DNA of 62,043 nucleotides from Caulobacter sp. (GTDB lineage: Bacteria; Pseudomonadota; Alphaproteobacteria; Caulobacterales; Caulobacteraceae). Of this stretch, positions 41,242-51,333 are shown piece after piece. Under the pieces are notes generated by a model. The model saw only the letters and a list, made by a program, of their open reading frames with translations, made no database searches and was not told the DNA's origin. The translations under genes were made by a program, and so were the position numbers. The stretch's first letter is position 1, and each line of letters opens with the position of its first letter. Location: contig JBIKII010000001.1 in assembly GCA_044361705.1 (NCBI GenBank), forward strand, positions 1-62,043, read 5' to 3'.

Positions 41242-42318
41242 TCATCCGTCCAGCATTCGGCCGAGCACCCGCGCGGTGTAGTCCACCAGCGGGATCACCC
41301 GGGCATAGTTCAAACGCGCCGGCCCGATCACACCGATCGCGCCCAGCACCTTCTGTCGGCCCGACATATAGGGCGCCGCGATCAGGGCGGAACCCGAAAG
41401 CGAGAAAAGTCGCGTTTCCGCGCCGATGAAGATCCGCACGCCCTGGGCGTCGCGGACGTCATCGAGCAAACCGATCAGCTGCTCCTTCTGTTCCAGGTCG
41501 TCGAACAGGCGGCGGACCTTCTCCAGGTCCTCCAGCGCGCCGGCCTCGCCCAGCAGGTTGGCGCGGCCGCGCACGATCAGCGAGCGGTCGGCGTCCTCGC
41601 CGCCGCCCCAAGCCGCCAAACCGTCCTCGACCAGCCGGGCGGCGGTCTCGTTCAGCTCGCGGCGGGCGCGGTCCAGCTCGGCCCGCATCTCGCTGCGCGT
41701 CTCGGTCAGGGTGCGGCCCTTGAGCCGCGCGCCCAGGAAGCTGGACGCCTCCAGCAGCGCCGAGGGCGTCAGGCCCGGGGCCAGCCGCATCAGCCGGTTC
41801 TCGACCTGGCCGTCATCGAAGACCATGACCGCCAGGGCCTGATCGGGGCCGAGCGCCACGAACTCCACATGCTTGACCCCCGCCTCGCGCACCGGGCTGA
41901 CCACGATGCCCGCGCCGCCGGCCAGGCCCGACAGGATGCCGCTGGCCTCGTTGAGGGCGTCCTCGAAGGACCGGCCGCGCACCGACAGCCGGGCGTCGAT
42001 CTCGCGCTTTTCCGCCTCGCCGACATCGCCGACTTCCAGCAGGCCGTCGACGAACAGCCGCAGGCCCGCATGGGTCGGCAGGCGGCCGGCGCTGCTGTGC
42101 GGCGAATCGAGCAGGCCAAGCTGGGCCAGGTCCTGCAGGGTGTTGCGGATCGAGGCCGGCGACAGCTGGATGCCGCCGCGCGACAGGGTGCGCGAGCCGA
42201 TCGGCTCGCCGGTCTCCAGATAGGCCTCCACCACGCGCCGGAAGATGTCGCGGGCGCGCTCATCCAGATCGGTCAGGGTCGGGGTCGGCGCGAGGCCGCC
42301 GGTGAGGATCGAGGACAT
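41242..42318 (-). CDS. hrcA: Heat-inducible transcription repressor HrcA
   Basis: [40 protein letters not shown]. Confidence 0.96.
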   Translation of the reverse strand: MSSILTGGLAPTPTLTDLDERARDIFRRVVEAYLETGEPIGSRTLSRGGIQLSPASIRNTLQDLAQLGLLDSPHSSAGRLPTHAGLRLFVDGLLEVGDVGEAEKREIDARLSVRGRSFEDALNEASGILSGLAGGAGIVVSPVREAGVKHVEFVALGPDQALAVMVFDDGQVENRLMRLAPGLTPSALLEASSFLGARLKGRTLTETRSEMRAELDRARRELNETAARLVEDGLAAWGGGEDADRSLIVRGRANLLGEAGALEDLEKVRRLFDDLEQKEQLIGLLDDVRDAQGVRIFIGAETRLFSLSGSALIAAPYMSGRQKVLGAIGVIGPARLNYARVIPLVDYTARVLGRMLDG

Positions 42319-42359
42319 GCTGTTCACTTCAGGGCCGTGGACGACCCTTCCCCCGATAG

Positions 42360-42386
42360 GATAGGCAGCCCCTGCCCGCGCGCAAG
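42360..42386 (-). promoter_or_regulatory. RpoH (sigma32)-type promoter of hrcA-grpE
   Basis: Minus strand CTTG-N17-CCTATC matches the alphaproteobacterial heat-shock consensus. Confidence 0.65.
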
Positions 42387-42413
42387 CCGCGCAACGCTTT
42401 GAAGAGACAGATG

Positions 42414-43130
42414 ATGCGACCGTCAGAACGCGCCCACGACCAGATGCGGGTCGTGACCCTCGAAACCGGGGTCAACCGCTACGCCGAGGGCTCGTGCCTG
42501 GTGACGTTTGGCCACACCAAGGTGCTGGTCACCGCCAGCGTCGACGAGGGCGTCCCCGGCTGGATGCGCGGTAAGGGCGCCGGCTGGGTCACGGCCGAGT
42601 ACGGCATGCTGCCCCGCGCCACCCACACCCGCGGCCGCCGCGAGGCCGCCCAGGGCAAGCAGTCGGGCCGCACCCAGGAAATCCAGCGCCTGATCGGCCG
42701 CTCCCTGCGCGCCGTGGTCGACATGAAGGCGCTGGGCGAGCGCCAGATCCAGATCGACTGCGACGTGGTGCAGGCCGACGGCGGCACCCGCACCGCCTCG
42801 ATCACCGGCGCCTGGGTCGCGCTGCGGCTGGCGACGAAATACCTGCTCGACGAAGGCGTCATCAAGACCGACCCGATCCTGGACCAGGTGGCGGCGGTGT
42901 CCTGCGGCGTGTTCAACAACCTGCCGGTGCTGGACCTCGACTACGAGGAGGATTCCTCGGCCGAGGCAGACTCGAACTTCGTGCTGACCGGCGTCGGCGA
43001 CATCGTCGAGATCCAGGCCACCGGCGAAAAGCGCGGCTTCACCCGCGCCGAGTTCGAGTCCCTCTACGGCCTGGCCGAAAAGGGCATCGGCGAGCTGTTC
43101 CTGCTGCAACGGGCGGCGGTGGGCGGGTAG
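42414..43130 (+). CDS. rph: Ribonuclease PH
   Basis: [50 protein letters not shown]. Confidence 0.97.
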   Translation: MRPSERAHDQMRVVTLETGVNRYAEGSCLVTFGHTKVLVTASVDEGVPGWMRGKGAGWVTAEYGMLPRATHTRGRREAAQGKQSGRTQEIQRLIGRSLRAVVDMKALGERQIQIDCDVVQADGGTRTASITGAWVALRLATKYLLDEGVIKTDPILDQVAAVSCGVFNNLPVLDLDYEEDSSAEADSNFVLTGVGDIVEIQATGEKRGFTRAEFESLYGLAEKGIGELFLLQRAAVGG

Positions 43131-43148
43131 GCCCCCCTCAATACTCCG

Positions 43149-43276
43149 CGTCATGGCCCGACTTGTTCGGGCCACCCATGCGTGGTGAGCAGACAAGATG
43201 AGGCGCGGCCGATCAGTCGCGCCTCTTCCTGCATTTCCGGTGTTCATAGGTGGCCCGAACAAGTCGGGCCATGACG
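43149..43276. repeat. CGTC-type REP doublet, family 1
   Basis: CGTCATGGCCCGACTTGTTCGGGCCACCCATGCGTGGTG ... GTGTTCATAGGTGGCCCGAACAAGTCGGGCCATGACG. Confidence 0.85.
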
Positions 43277-43301
43277 GATGCCCAATTTGAGGGAGGCAGA
43301 T

Positions 43302-43562
43302 CTACGCCCCCCCGTACGCCCCTTCGTCCTCATCGTCCTCCTCGACGCCGGAGCCGCCGCCCGGTTCGAAGATGACGATGTCGCCGGGCTGGCAGGACAG
43401 TTCCCGGCAGAGGGCGTCGAGGGTCGAGAAGCGGATCGCGCGGGCCTTGCCGGTCTTCAGGATCGACAGGTTGGCGATGGTGACGCCGACGCGGTCGGCC
43501 AGCTCGGTCAGCGACATGCGTCGCTCCAGCAGGATCCGGTCGAGGGTGACCTTGATGGCCAT
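43302..43562 (-). CDS. XRE/Cro-like HTH regulator (YozG-like)
   Basis: ELADRVGVTIANLSILKTGKARAIRFSTL...CQPGDI. Confidence 0.92.
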   Translation of the reverse strand: MAIKVTLDRILLERRMSLTELADRVGVTIANLSILKTGKARAIRFSTLDALCRELSCQPGDIVIFEPGGGSGVEEDDEDEGAYGGA

Positions 43563-43575
43563 GGTACGCTCCCGC

Positions 43576-44118
43576 CTAGATCGTCAGCTCGGCTTCGCGA
43601 CGAAGGCGGGCGCCCTCGCGGAAGACCTCGGCCAGCACGAAGACGACCAGAACCGAGAACCAGACGGTGATGTTGAAGCCGTCGATGTCCCAGGTGAGCG
43701 CCGGGGCGATGGCCAGCAGCAAGGTGTTGAGCGCATAGCGAGCGAGCTCGAGGCCGGCCAGCACGAAGCCGATCAATCGCAGTCTCGGAATGTTCTCCGG
43801 CTCGAACGGGTCGCCGGCCGTCAGGGTGGCGAACACCTTGCGCAGACAGCTGAGGATGGTGATCAGCGCCCCGAGGTTAAGGATGCCGAAGACGGCAAAG
43901 GTGACGGTCAGCGCCGCCAGCTTTCCCGGCGTGACGTCGCCCTCGATTTTCAAGCGGTCGCCGATCTGGCCGAACAGGTCCGGCACGAAGCTGACGGCCA
44001 GCAGACCGGCGATCAATCCGACCGTCAGCAGGGCCAGGATCGTGACCGTGCCGAAATAGACGACGTCCAGGACGGTCTTCAGGAAGCTCGATACCGAGCC
44101 AGGTCCCATAGCGCGCAT
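43576..44118 (-). CDS. DUF2975 family membrane protein
   Basis: Four TM segments, GDPF...NIPRLRLIG, AEVFREGARLRREAELTI; typical pairing with a YozG-like HTH gene. Confidence 0.88.
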   Translation of the reverse strand: MRAMGPGSVSSFLKTVLDVVYFGTVTILALLTVGLIAGLLAVSFVPDLFGQIGDRLKIEGDVTPGKLAALTVTFAVFGILNLGALITILSCLRKVFATLTAGDPFEPENIPRLRLIGFVLAGLELARYALNTLLLAIAPALTWDIDGFNITVWFSVLVVFVLAEVFREGARLRREAELTI

Positions 44119-44346
44119 GGCGCAACTCCCCCCATTCCGGCGCAGGCGCGCCGGGTCGCTCCCTCCACCCCGCGCCAACGACAGATACGGGCGGCGGCAG
44201 GCCGCTCGCCCGTGGCTGTTGTTTCCGGGCGCCCCCTGGAGCCGGTTTCACCGGAAGGAACCGTCGATCGGTTCCCTCGGGAGAAGCCGGCCCTCAGGCG
44301 GGCGGCGAGAATGCCCTGACCGGGGCCCTCATGAAAGAGAGCCCGA
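44119..44346. other. Densely structured intergenic segment (candidate cis-regulatory RNA or sRNA)
   Basis: At least six stem-loops in about 230 nt; no plausible CDS. Confidence 0.35.
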
Positions 44347-44463
44347 TCAGATGGAGCTGGTCACGAACAGCACCGCCGAAACCGGCAGGGCGGCCAGAAG
44401 ACCGGCGGTCACCAGGGTCATCGCGATGCGGTCGACGATGCTGGTCATTTTTTGAGCGGACAT
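44347..44463 (-). CDS. Unannotated 38-aa single-TM small protein MSAQKMTSIVDRIAMTLVTAGLLAALPVSAVLFVTSSI
   Basis: RBS GGAG 6 nt before ATG; preferred codons; long hydrophobic stretch; upstream promoter; below the ORF-track cutoff. Confidence 0.75.
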   Translation of the reverse strand: MSAQKMTSIVDRIAMTLVTAGLLAALPVSAVLFVTSSI

Positions 44464-44474
44464 GATGTTCTCCG

Positions 44475-44490
44475 TTGTGCAGTGCAACAC
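44475..44490 (-). promoter_or_regulatory. PhaR-like box in the small-ORF leader
   Basis: GTGTTGCACTGCACAA, 13/16 identical to the phaZ box. Confidence 0.5.
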
Positions 44491-44546
44491 GAATGAGGAC
44501 CTTTCCTCACCCGGTGGGCGGCCCGTTGCGGCCCGTCCACGTCATC

Positions 44547-44575
44547 TATGTACGAGATCATCGATCTTCAATCAA
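44547..44575 (-). promoter_or_regulatory. Sigma70-type promoter for the small ORF
   Basis: Minus strand TTGATT-N17-TACATA in an AT-rich island. Confidence 0.55.
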
Positions 44576-44581
44576 AGGAAT

Positions 44582-44596
44582 TATCGTTTATCGATA
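44582..44596. promoter_or_regulatory. Inverted-repeat operator, candidate site for the YozG-like XRE regulator
   Basis: TATCG-TTTAT-CGATA just upstream of the -35. Confidence 0.55.
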
Positions 44597-44628
44597 TTAA
44601 ACTTGCGTAACATCATTACATCAGCGTA

Positions 44629-44644
44629 ATGCACTGCAGCATAA
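44629..44644 (-). promoter_or_regulatory. Second PhaR-like box
   Basis: Minus strand TTATGCTGCAGTGCAT versus phaZ TTATGCTGCGCTGCAC. Confidence 0.45.
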
Positions 44645-44703
44645 ACGCCCGGCCTTGCGCGGGCGGGCGTTCGGGGCGAGGAAGGCGGGGAGAGGATCCC
44701 GCC

Positions 44704-45303
44704 ATGCCGCTGCTGCTCGCCCCCGGAACCACCCTGGTCGCCGCCACCCATAATCCGGGCAAGGCGAAGGAGCTGGTCGCCCTGCTCGATGGTCGCTTCA
44801 CCATCCTGTCGGCGGGCGAGCTGAACATCCCCGAGCCCGACGAGACCGAAAGCACCTTCGTCGGCAACGCCCTGCTCAAGGCGCGCCACGCGGCCGATCT
44901 GTCGGGACAGATCGCGATCGCCGACGACAGCGGCCTGTCGGTCACCGCCCTGGACGGCGCGCCCGGTATCTTCTCAGCCCGCTGGGCCGGTCCGTCTAAG
45001 GACTTTGCCGAGGCGATGGCCAAGGTCGAGGAGCGGATGATCGAAACCGGCTCGGACGACCGCTCGGCCTGGTTCACCAGCGCCCTGGCCGTCGCCTGGC
45101 CGGACGGTCCTTCGGTGGTGGTCGAGGGCATCGTGCGCGGCGACCTCGTCTTCCCCGGCCGCGGCGTCCACGGCTTCGGCTATGACCCGATCTTCGTGCT
45201 GGCCGGCTACAGCCAGACCTTCGGTGAGATGGACCCGGTCGCCAAGGACGCCATCAGCCATCGCGCCGTCGCCTTCGCCAAGCTCAAGGCCGCGCTGTTT
45301 TGA
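44704..45303 (+). CDS. rdgB: dITP/XTP pyrophosphatase (RdgB/HAM1)
   Basis: ATHNPGK, ADDSGL, PGIFSARW, GFGYDPIF, ISHR. Confidence 0.95.
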   Translation: MPLLLAPGTTLVAATHNPGKAKELVALLDGRFTILSAGELNIPEPDETESTFVGNALLKARHAADLSGQIAIADDSGLSVTALDGAPGIFSARWAGPSKDFAEAMAKVEERMIETGSDDRSAWFTSALAVAWPDGPSVVVEGIVRGDLVFPGRGVHGFGYDPIFVLAGYSQTFGEMDPVAKDAISHRAVAFAKLKAALF

Positions 45304-46448
45304 CCGATCTGCAGCCGCTGGGGGTCTACGTCCACTGGCCCTACTGCGCGCGGATCTGCCCCTACTGTGACTTCAACGTCGTGCGTGACCGGGGTCAGGC
45401 GGAGCAGGCGGCGCTGGCCGATGCGATCGTCGCCGACCTGACCGCCCAGCGGGCGCTGACCGGCGACCGGCGGCTGGTCTCGATCTTCCTCGGCGGCGGC
45501 ACCCCCTCGCTGATGGAGCCCGGCTGGGCCGCGCGCATCGTCGAGACGGCGAAGAGCCTGTGGACGCCGGACGGCGAGGTCGAGGTGTCGCTGGAGGCCA
45601 ACCCCACCGACGCCGAGGCCGGCCGCTTCGCCGCCTTCCGCGACGCCGGTGTGAACCGGCTGTCGCTGGGCCTGCAGTCGTTCGATGACGCGGCGCTGAA
45701 GTTTCTGGGCCGCAACCACGACGCGGGGCAGGCGCGGCGGGCGGCAGGCGTGGCGGCGGCGACCTTTCCGCGCCTGTCGGTGGACCTGATCTACGCCCTG
45801 CCGGACCAGACCCCCGCCGCCTGGCGCGAACAGCTGGCGGCGGTCGTCGATCTCGGCGCCGAACACGTTTCGCCCTATCAGCTGACCATCGAGGCCGGCA
45901 CCGCCTTCGATCGCGCGGTGCGGCGCGGGACCTTCACCCCGCCGGACGACGAGGCGGGTTCAGCCCTCTACGACATGACCCAGGCCACGCTCGAGGCGGC
46001 CGGTTTCGAGGCCTACGAGGTTTCCAACCATGCCCGGGGCGAGGCCGCCCGCTCGCGGCACAACCTCGTCTACTGGCGCGGCCAGGATTACGTCGGCGCC
46101 GGCCCGGGCGCGCACGGCCGCCTGACGCTGGACGGGGTGCGGACGGCGACGACCGCCCGGACGGGCGTGGCAGACTACATCCGTGCGGTCGGCGAGACCG
46201 GCTTGGGCTTCGAGACAGAGGCCCTGACCCCGGTCGAGGCCGCCGAGGAGCGCATCCTGATGGGCCTGCGGACCTACGAGGGCGTCGCCTGGGCGGACCT
46301 GTCGGGGCTGGGGCTTGGGCCCGACAGCGGCGTGGTCGGTGGGCTGGTCGAGCAAGGCCTGCTGGCGGAGGACGCCGAGCGTCTGCGGGCTACGCCCGCC
46401 GGCCGGTTCGTCCTGGACGCGGTGACCCGGACGCTGATCGTCCGATAA
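45300..46448 (+). CDS. hemW: Radical SAM heme chaperone HemW
   Basis: YVHWPYCARICPYCDFN, GGGTPS, EANP, YEVSN, HNLVYW. Confidence 0.92.
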   Translation: MTDLQPLGVYVHWPYCARICPYCDFNVVRDRGQAEQAALADAIVADLTAQRALTGDRRLVSIFLGGGTPSLMEPGWAARIVETAKSLWTPDGEVEVSLEANPTDAEAGRFAAFRDAGVNRLSLGLQSFDDAALKFLGRNHDAGQARRAAGVAAATFPRLSVDLIYALPDQTPAAWREQLAAVVDLGAEHVSPYQLTIEAGTAFDRAVRRGTFTPPDDEAGSALYDMTQATLEAAGFEAYEVSNHARGEAARSRHNLVYWRGQDYVGAGPGAHGRLTLDGVRTATTARTGVADYIRAVGETGLGFETEALTPVEAAEERILMGLRTYEGVAWADLSGLGLGPDSGVVGGLVEQGLLAEDAERLRATPAGRFVLDAVTRTLIVR

Positions 46449-46453
46449 CAGCC

Positions 46454-46579
46454 CTCTCCCAGTGGGAGAGGTGGCCTGGCGGAGCCAGGTCGGAGAGGGA
46501 AGACCCGCCGCCAGCCGTCAGGCCGCAGCCCCTCCCTCTAGGTCGCCCCTCCGGGGCGACAGCTCTCCCAAGGGGAGAG
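46454..46579. repeat. Palindromic REP-like doublet, family 2
   Basis: CTCTCCCAGTGGGAGAG-GTGGCCTGGCGGAGCCAGGTCGGAGAGGGA ... TCCCTCTAGGTCGCCCCTCCGGGGCGACAG-CTCTCCCAAGGGGAGAG; same architecture as 8153-8262. Confidence 0.75.
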
Positions 46580-46588
46580 CATCAACCT

Positions 46589-48085
<1,497 letters not shown>

Positions 48086-48187
48086 GGCGATCTCCCGGAG
48101 GCGTGCTGAGGGCGGCGTTCTATGCCTTTGTGACTGTTCCGACTAGGCCGCTTTGCGCGCGCGCGCGGCGCTACTAGACTCCGTTCC

Positions 48188-49063
48188 ATGGCCGATGCCC
48201 TGACAGACCCGACGCAGGACGCCGCCGCCTCGCGGGCGGCGCATATCGTTGATGTGCTCATCGAGGAGCGGGCGCCGAAGCTGTCGGGCTCGCCGCTGTG
48301 GCCGCTGGTCCGCCCGCCGCTCTACCGCCTGCTCGACTACCGCAAGGCCCGCGCCATGGCCGACACCATCTCGGTGATGGGCGGGCGCGAGGCGCTGGAC
48401 TTCGTCTCGGACCTGCTGGCGCTGGAGGTCGAGGTCACCGGGCTGGAGCGGCTGCCGGCGGCCGGCCGCTGCATCGTGGTGGCCAACCACCCGACCGGCA
48501 TCGCCGACGGCATCGCGGTCTATGACGCTCTGAAGGCCGCGCGGCCGGACATCATCTTCTACGCCAACTCCGACGCCCACCGCGTCTGCCCCCGCTTCGA
48601 CGAGACCCTGATCCCCGTGGAGTGGGTGCCCGCCAAGCGCAGCCGTGACCGCACCCGTCTGACCCTGGCCATGACCAAGGACGCCATGGAGGCCGAGCGG
48701 ACCCTGATGGTCTTCCCGGCCGGCAAGCTGGCGCGGCGCGGGCCGGACGGGGTCCTTGTCGACCCCGAGTGGATGTCGACGGCGCTGTCGGTGGCGGCGA
48801 AGTACGCCGCGCCGGTCGTGCCGGTGCACGTCGCCGGGCCCTGGGCGGCGATGTTCCACTTCTTCGACCGCTTCTCGCCGGAGCTGCGCGACGTCACGCT
48901 GTTCCACGAGCTTCTGAACAAGACCGGCCGGCGCTTCCGGATCGTGATCGGCGAGTCGGTGACGTCCGACCGGTTGCCTCCGGACGCGGCGGTCGCCAGC
49001 GCGGCGCTGAAGGCCTATGTCGAGCGGGTGCTGCCCGTTTCGCCCGATACGCCCTTCGCATGA
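48188..49063 (+). CDS. PlsC-like phospholipid/glycerol acyltransferase family protein
   Basis: NHPTGIADG (HxxxxD) and VFPAG motifs. Confidence 0.8.
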   Translation: MADALTDPTQDAAASRAAHIVDVLIEERAPKLSGSPLWPLVRPPLYRLLDYRKARAMADTISVMGGREALDFVSDLLALEVEVTGLERLPAAGRCIVVANHPTGIADGIAVYDALKAARPDIIFYANSDAHRVCPRFDETLIPVEWVPAKRSRDRTRLTLAMTKDAMEAERTLMVFPAGKLARRGPDGVLVDPEWMSTALSVAAKYAAPVVPVHVAGPWAAMFHFFDRFSPELRDVTLFHELLNKTGRRFRIVIGESVTSDRLPPDAAVASAALKAYVERVLPVSPDTPFA

Positions 49064-49527
49064 TCCCGCCCGCGACGATCGATCTGGCGGACGACACCGC
49101 CACCGCGCGGCTGGGCGAGGCCGTGGCCGCCGCGCTGCGCGCCGGCGAGGCGGTCTGCCTGACCGGGCCGCTGGGCGCCGGCAAGTCGACCCTGGCCCGG
49201 GCGCTGGTCCGGGCCCTGACCACGCCGGACGAGGACGTGCCGAGCCCGACCTTCACCCTGGTGCAGTTCTACGAGGCGGCGGGCTTCCCGCTGGCCCATT
49301 TCGACCTCTATCGGCTGACCAGTCCGGACGAGGCGTTCGAGATCGGGCTGGACGAGGCGCTGGATGACGGCGCCGCGATCATCGAATGGCCGCAGCGCCT
49401 CGACGGCGCCCTGCCGCCTGACCGACTCGATATAGATATCGGCTTTGCAAGTACGGGGGACGAAGAGGGTCGCGTCGCGCGCCTCTCCGCCCACGGAGCC
49501 TGGGAAGGACGCGCGCTTGAGTTCTGA
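49060..49527 (+). CDS. tsaE: tRNA threonylcarbamoyladenosine biosynthesis ATPase
   Basis: GPLGAGKS, VPSPTFTLVQ, HFDLYRL, IIEWP. Confidence 0.95.
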   Translation: MIPPATIDLADDTATARLGEAVAAALRAGEAVCLTGPLGAGKSTLARALVRALTTPDEDVPSPTFTLVQFYEAAGFPLAHFDLYRLTSPDEAFEIGLDEALDDGAAIIEWPQRLDGALPPDRLDIDIGFASTGDEEGRVARLSAHGAWEGRALEF

Positions 49528-50611
49528 TCGTGAGGCCCTCAAGGCCGCCTTCCTGGCCCGGCACGGCTATGGCGACGCGCGTCGCCAGCCGTTGAGCGGC
49601 GACGCCTCGACCCGCGCCTACGAGCGGCTCTATCCGGCCGGCGCGGCCAGCCTGATCTTCATGGACCAGCCGCCGAAGGCCGAGAGCCCGGCCTGTCCGC
49701 CGGACGCCACGCCCGCCGAACGCGAGGCGCTGGGCCCCAACGCGATCTACCGCCTGGCCGCCGGCCGGGTTGACGCCTTCGCCGCCTGCGCCGGACACCT
49801 GTGCGCGCTCGGCCTCTCGGCGCCCCGGGTCCTGGCCTTTGACGCCGAGGCCGGGCTGGCGGTGCTGGAGGACCTGGGCGACGGTCTCTACGCCGCCGAG
49901 ATCGCCGCCGGGACCGCCGACGAGGCGCAGCTCTACGATGCCGCGATCGACGCCCTGGTCGCATTGCACGCCGCGCCGCCGCCCGCGAGGCTGGAGCATG
50001 ACGGCGTCGTCTGGCCGCTGCTGACCTATGACGACCTGGCGCTGCGCTACGCCCAGGCGCTGTTCCCAGACTGGCTGCCGAAGCTGCGCCCGGCCTTTTC
50101 GCCCGACGCGGCGGCGTTGGCCGAATGGGAGGCGCTGTGGGCGCCGATCCGGGCCAGGGGCGAGGCGCTGGCGGAGGTCTTCTGCCACCGTGACTACCAC
50201 GCCGAGAACCTGCTCTGGCTGCCGGACCGCGACGGTCCGGCCCGCGTCGGGCTGATCGACTTCCAGGACGCGGTGAAGGCCCACCGGGTCTGGGACCTCT
50301 CCATGCTGTTGCACGACGCCCGAAGCGACGTCTCGCCCGCGCTCGAGGCCCGGGCGCTGGACCGCTACTTCGCCGCCCATCCGGACCTGGACCGGGCAGC
50401 GGTCACGGCCGACTACCATGCGCTGGGCGCGCTCAACGTCGCCCGTATCATCGGCATCTTCGCGAGGCTGGTCGTCCGCGACGGCAAGCCCCGCTACGAG
50501 GCCTTCCTGCCGCGCCTCTGGGGCTATCTCGACAGCTGTCTGGCCGACCCCGGCATGGCCGGGATGAAGGCCTGGTTCGACGCCCACGTTCCGGCGGAGG
50601 TCCGGTCGTGA
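49517..50611 (+). CDS. amgK: N-acetylmuramate/N-acetylglucosamine kinase (APH-like)
   Basis: GDASTRAYERL, LEDLG, HRDYHAENL, IDFQDA, GIFARL...DGK; between tsaE and murU. Confidence 0.85.
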   Translation: MSSDREALKAAFLARHGYGDARRQPLSGDASTRAYERLYPAGAASLIFMDQPPKAESPACPPDATPAEREALGPNAIYRLAAGRVDAFAACAGHLCALGLSAPRVLAFDAEAGLAVLEDLGDGLYAAEIAAGTADEAQLYDAAIDALVALHAAPPPARLEHDGVVWPLLTYDDLALRYAQALFPDWLPKLRPAFSPDAAALAEWEALWAPIRARGEALAEVFCHRDYHAENLLWLPDRDGPARVGLIDFQDAVKAHRVWDLSMLLHDARSDVSPALEARALDRYFAAHPDLDRAAVTADYHALGALNVARIIGIFARLVVRDGKPRYEAFLPRLWGYLDSCLADPGMAGMKAWFDAHVPAEVRS

Positions 50612-51333
50612 GCGGCCCGAAGGTCGCCATGGTGCTGGCCGCGGGCCTGGGCACCCGAATGCGCCCCCTGACCGACGACCGGCCCAAGGCCATGGTCGAG
50701 GTCGGCGGCCGGATGCTCATCGATCATCTCCTCGACCGACTGGCGCAGGTCGGGGTCGAGACCGCCGTGGTCAACGTCCACTACTTCGCCGACCGGCTGG
50801 AGGCGCACCTTTTGGCGCGCGACGCGTCGGGCGTCATGCCGCGCATCATCATCTCCGATGAACGGCCCCAGGCGTTGGAGACCGGCGGCGGGGTGAAGCA
50901 GGCGCTGCCCCTGCTGCCGGACGCGCCCTTCTGGGTGGCCAACATCGACTCGGTCTGGATCGGCGACGACGGCCAGGCGCTGGAGGCGGTCGCCGCCGCC
51001 TGGGACCCCGACCGGATGGACGTCTGCCTGCTGACCGCCTCGACGGCGGAGTCCATGGGCTTCCACGAGACCGGCGACCTGTTCCTGTCGGCCGACGGCG
51101 AGGTCCGCTTCAAGGAGGCCGGCGAGCAGGCCCCCCTGGTCTATGTCGGCGTCCATATCTGCAAGCCGTCGGTGGTGGCCGATGGTCCCGACGGACCGTT
51201 CGGGCTGTTGCCGATCTGGAAGCGACTGACGCAGACTGGCCGGGTGCACGGCGTGGCGCCGAAGGGCCTGTGGATGCATGTCGGCGATCCCGGGGCCCGC
51301 GACGCCGCCGAAGCCCGGCTGGCGGCCGGATGA
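50608..51333 (+). CDS. murU: MurNAc-alpha-1-phosphate uridylyltransferase
   Basis: LAAGLGTRMRPLTDDRPK, NVHY, LETGGG, WMHVG. Confidence 0.88.
   Translation: MSGPKVAMVLAAGLGTRMRPLTDDRPKAMVEVGGRMLIDHLLDRLAQVGVETAVVNVHYFADRLEAHLLARDASGVMPRIIISDERPQALETGGGVKQALPLLPDAPFWVANIDSVWIGDDGQALEAVAAAWDPDRMDVCLLTASTAESMGFHETGDLFLSADGEVRFKEAGEQAPLVYVGVHICKPSVVADGPDGPFGLLPIWKRLTQTGRVHGVAPKGLWMHVGDPGARDAAEARLAAG

Noticed and set aside
41363-41405. Sigma32 promoter for grpE inside hrcA (minus-strand CCCTATAT)
   Set aside because: No CTTG -35 at the proper spacing; too weak to call
44240-44275. CCGGAAGGAA resembling the SRP (4.5S) RNA core
   Set aside because: Flanking GTCAGGT and GCAGC of the SRP domain IV motif are absent
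44597-44611. Possible CtrA site TTAA...GTAAC
   Set aside because: Spacing is 6 rather than 7 nt and the second half-site is degenerate
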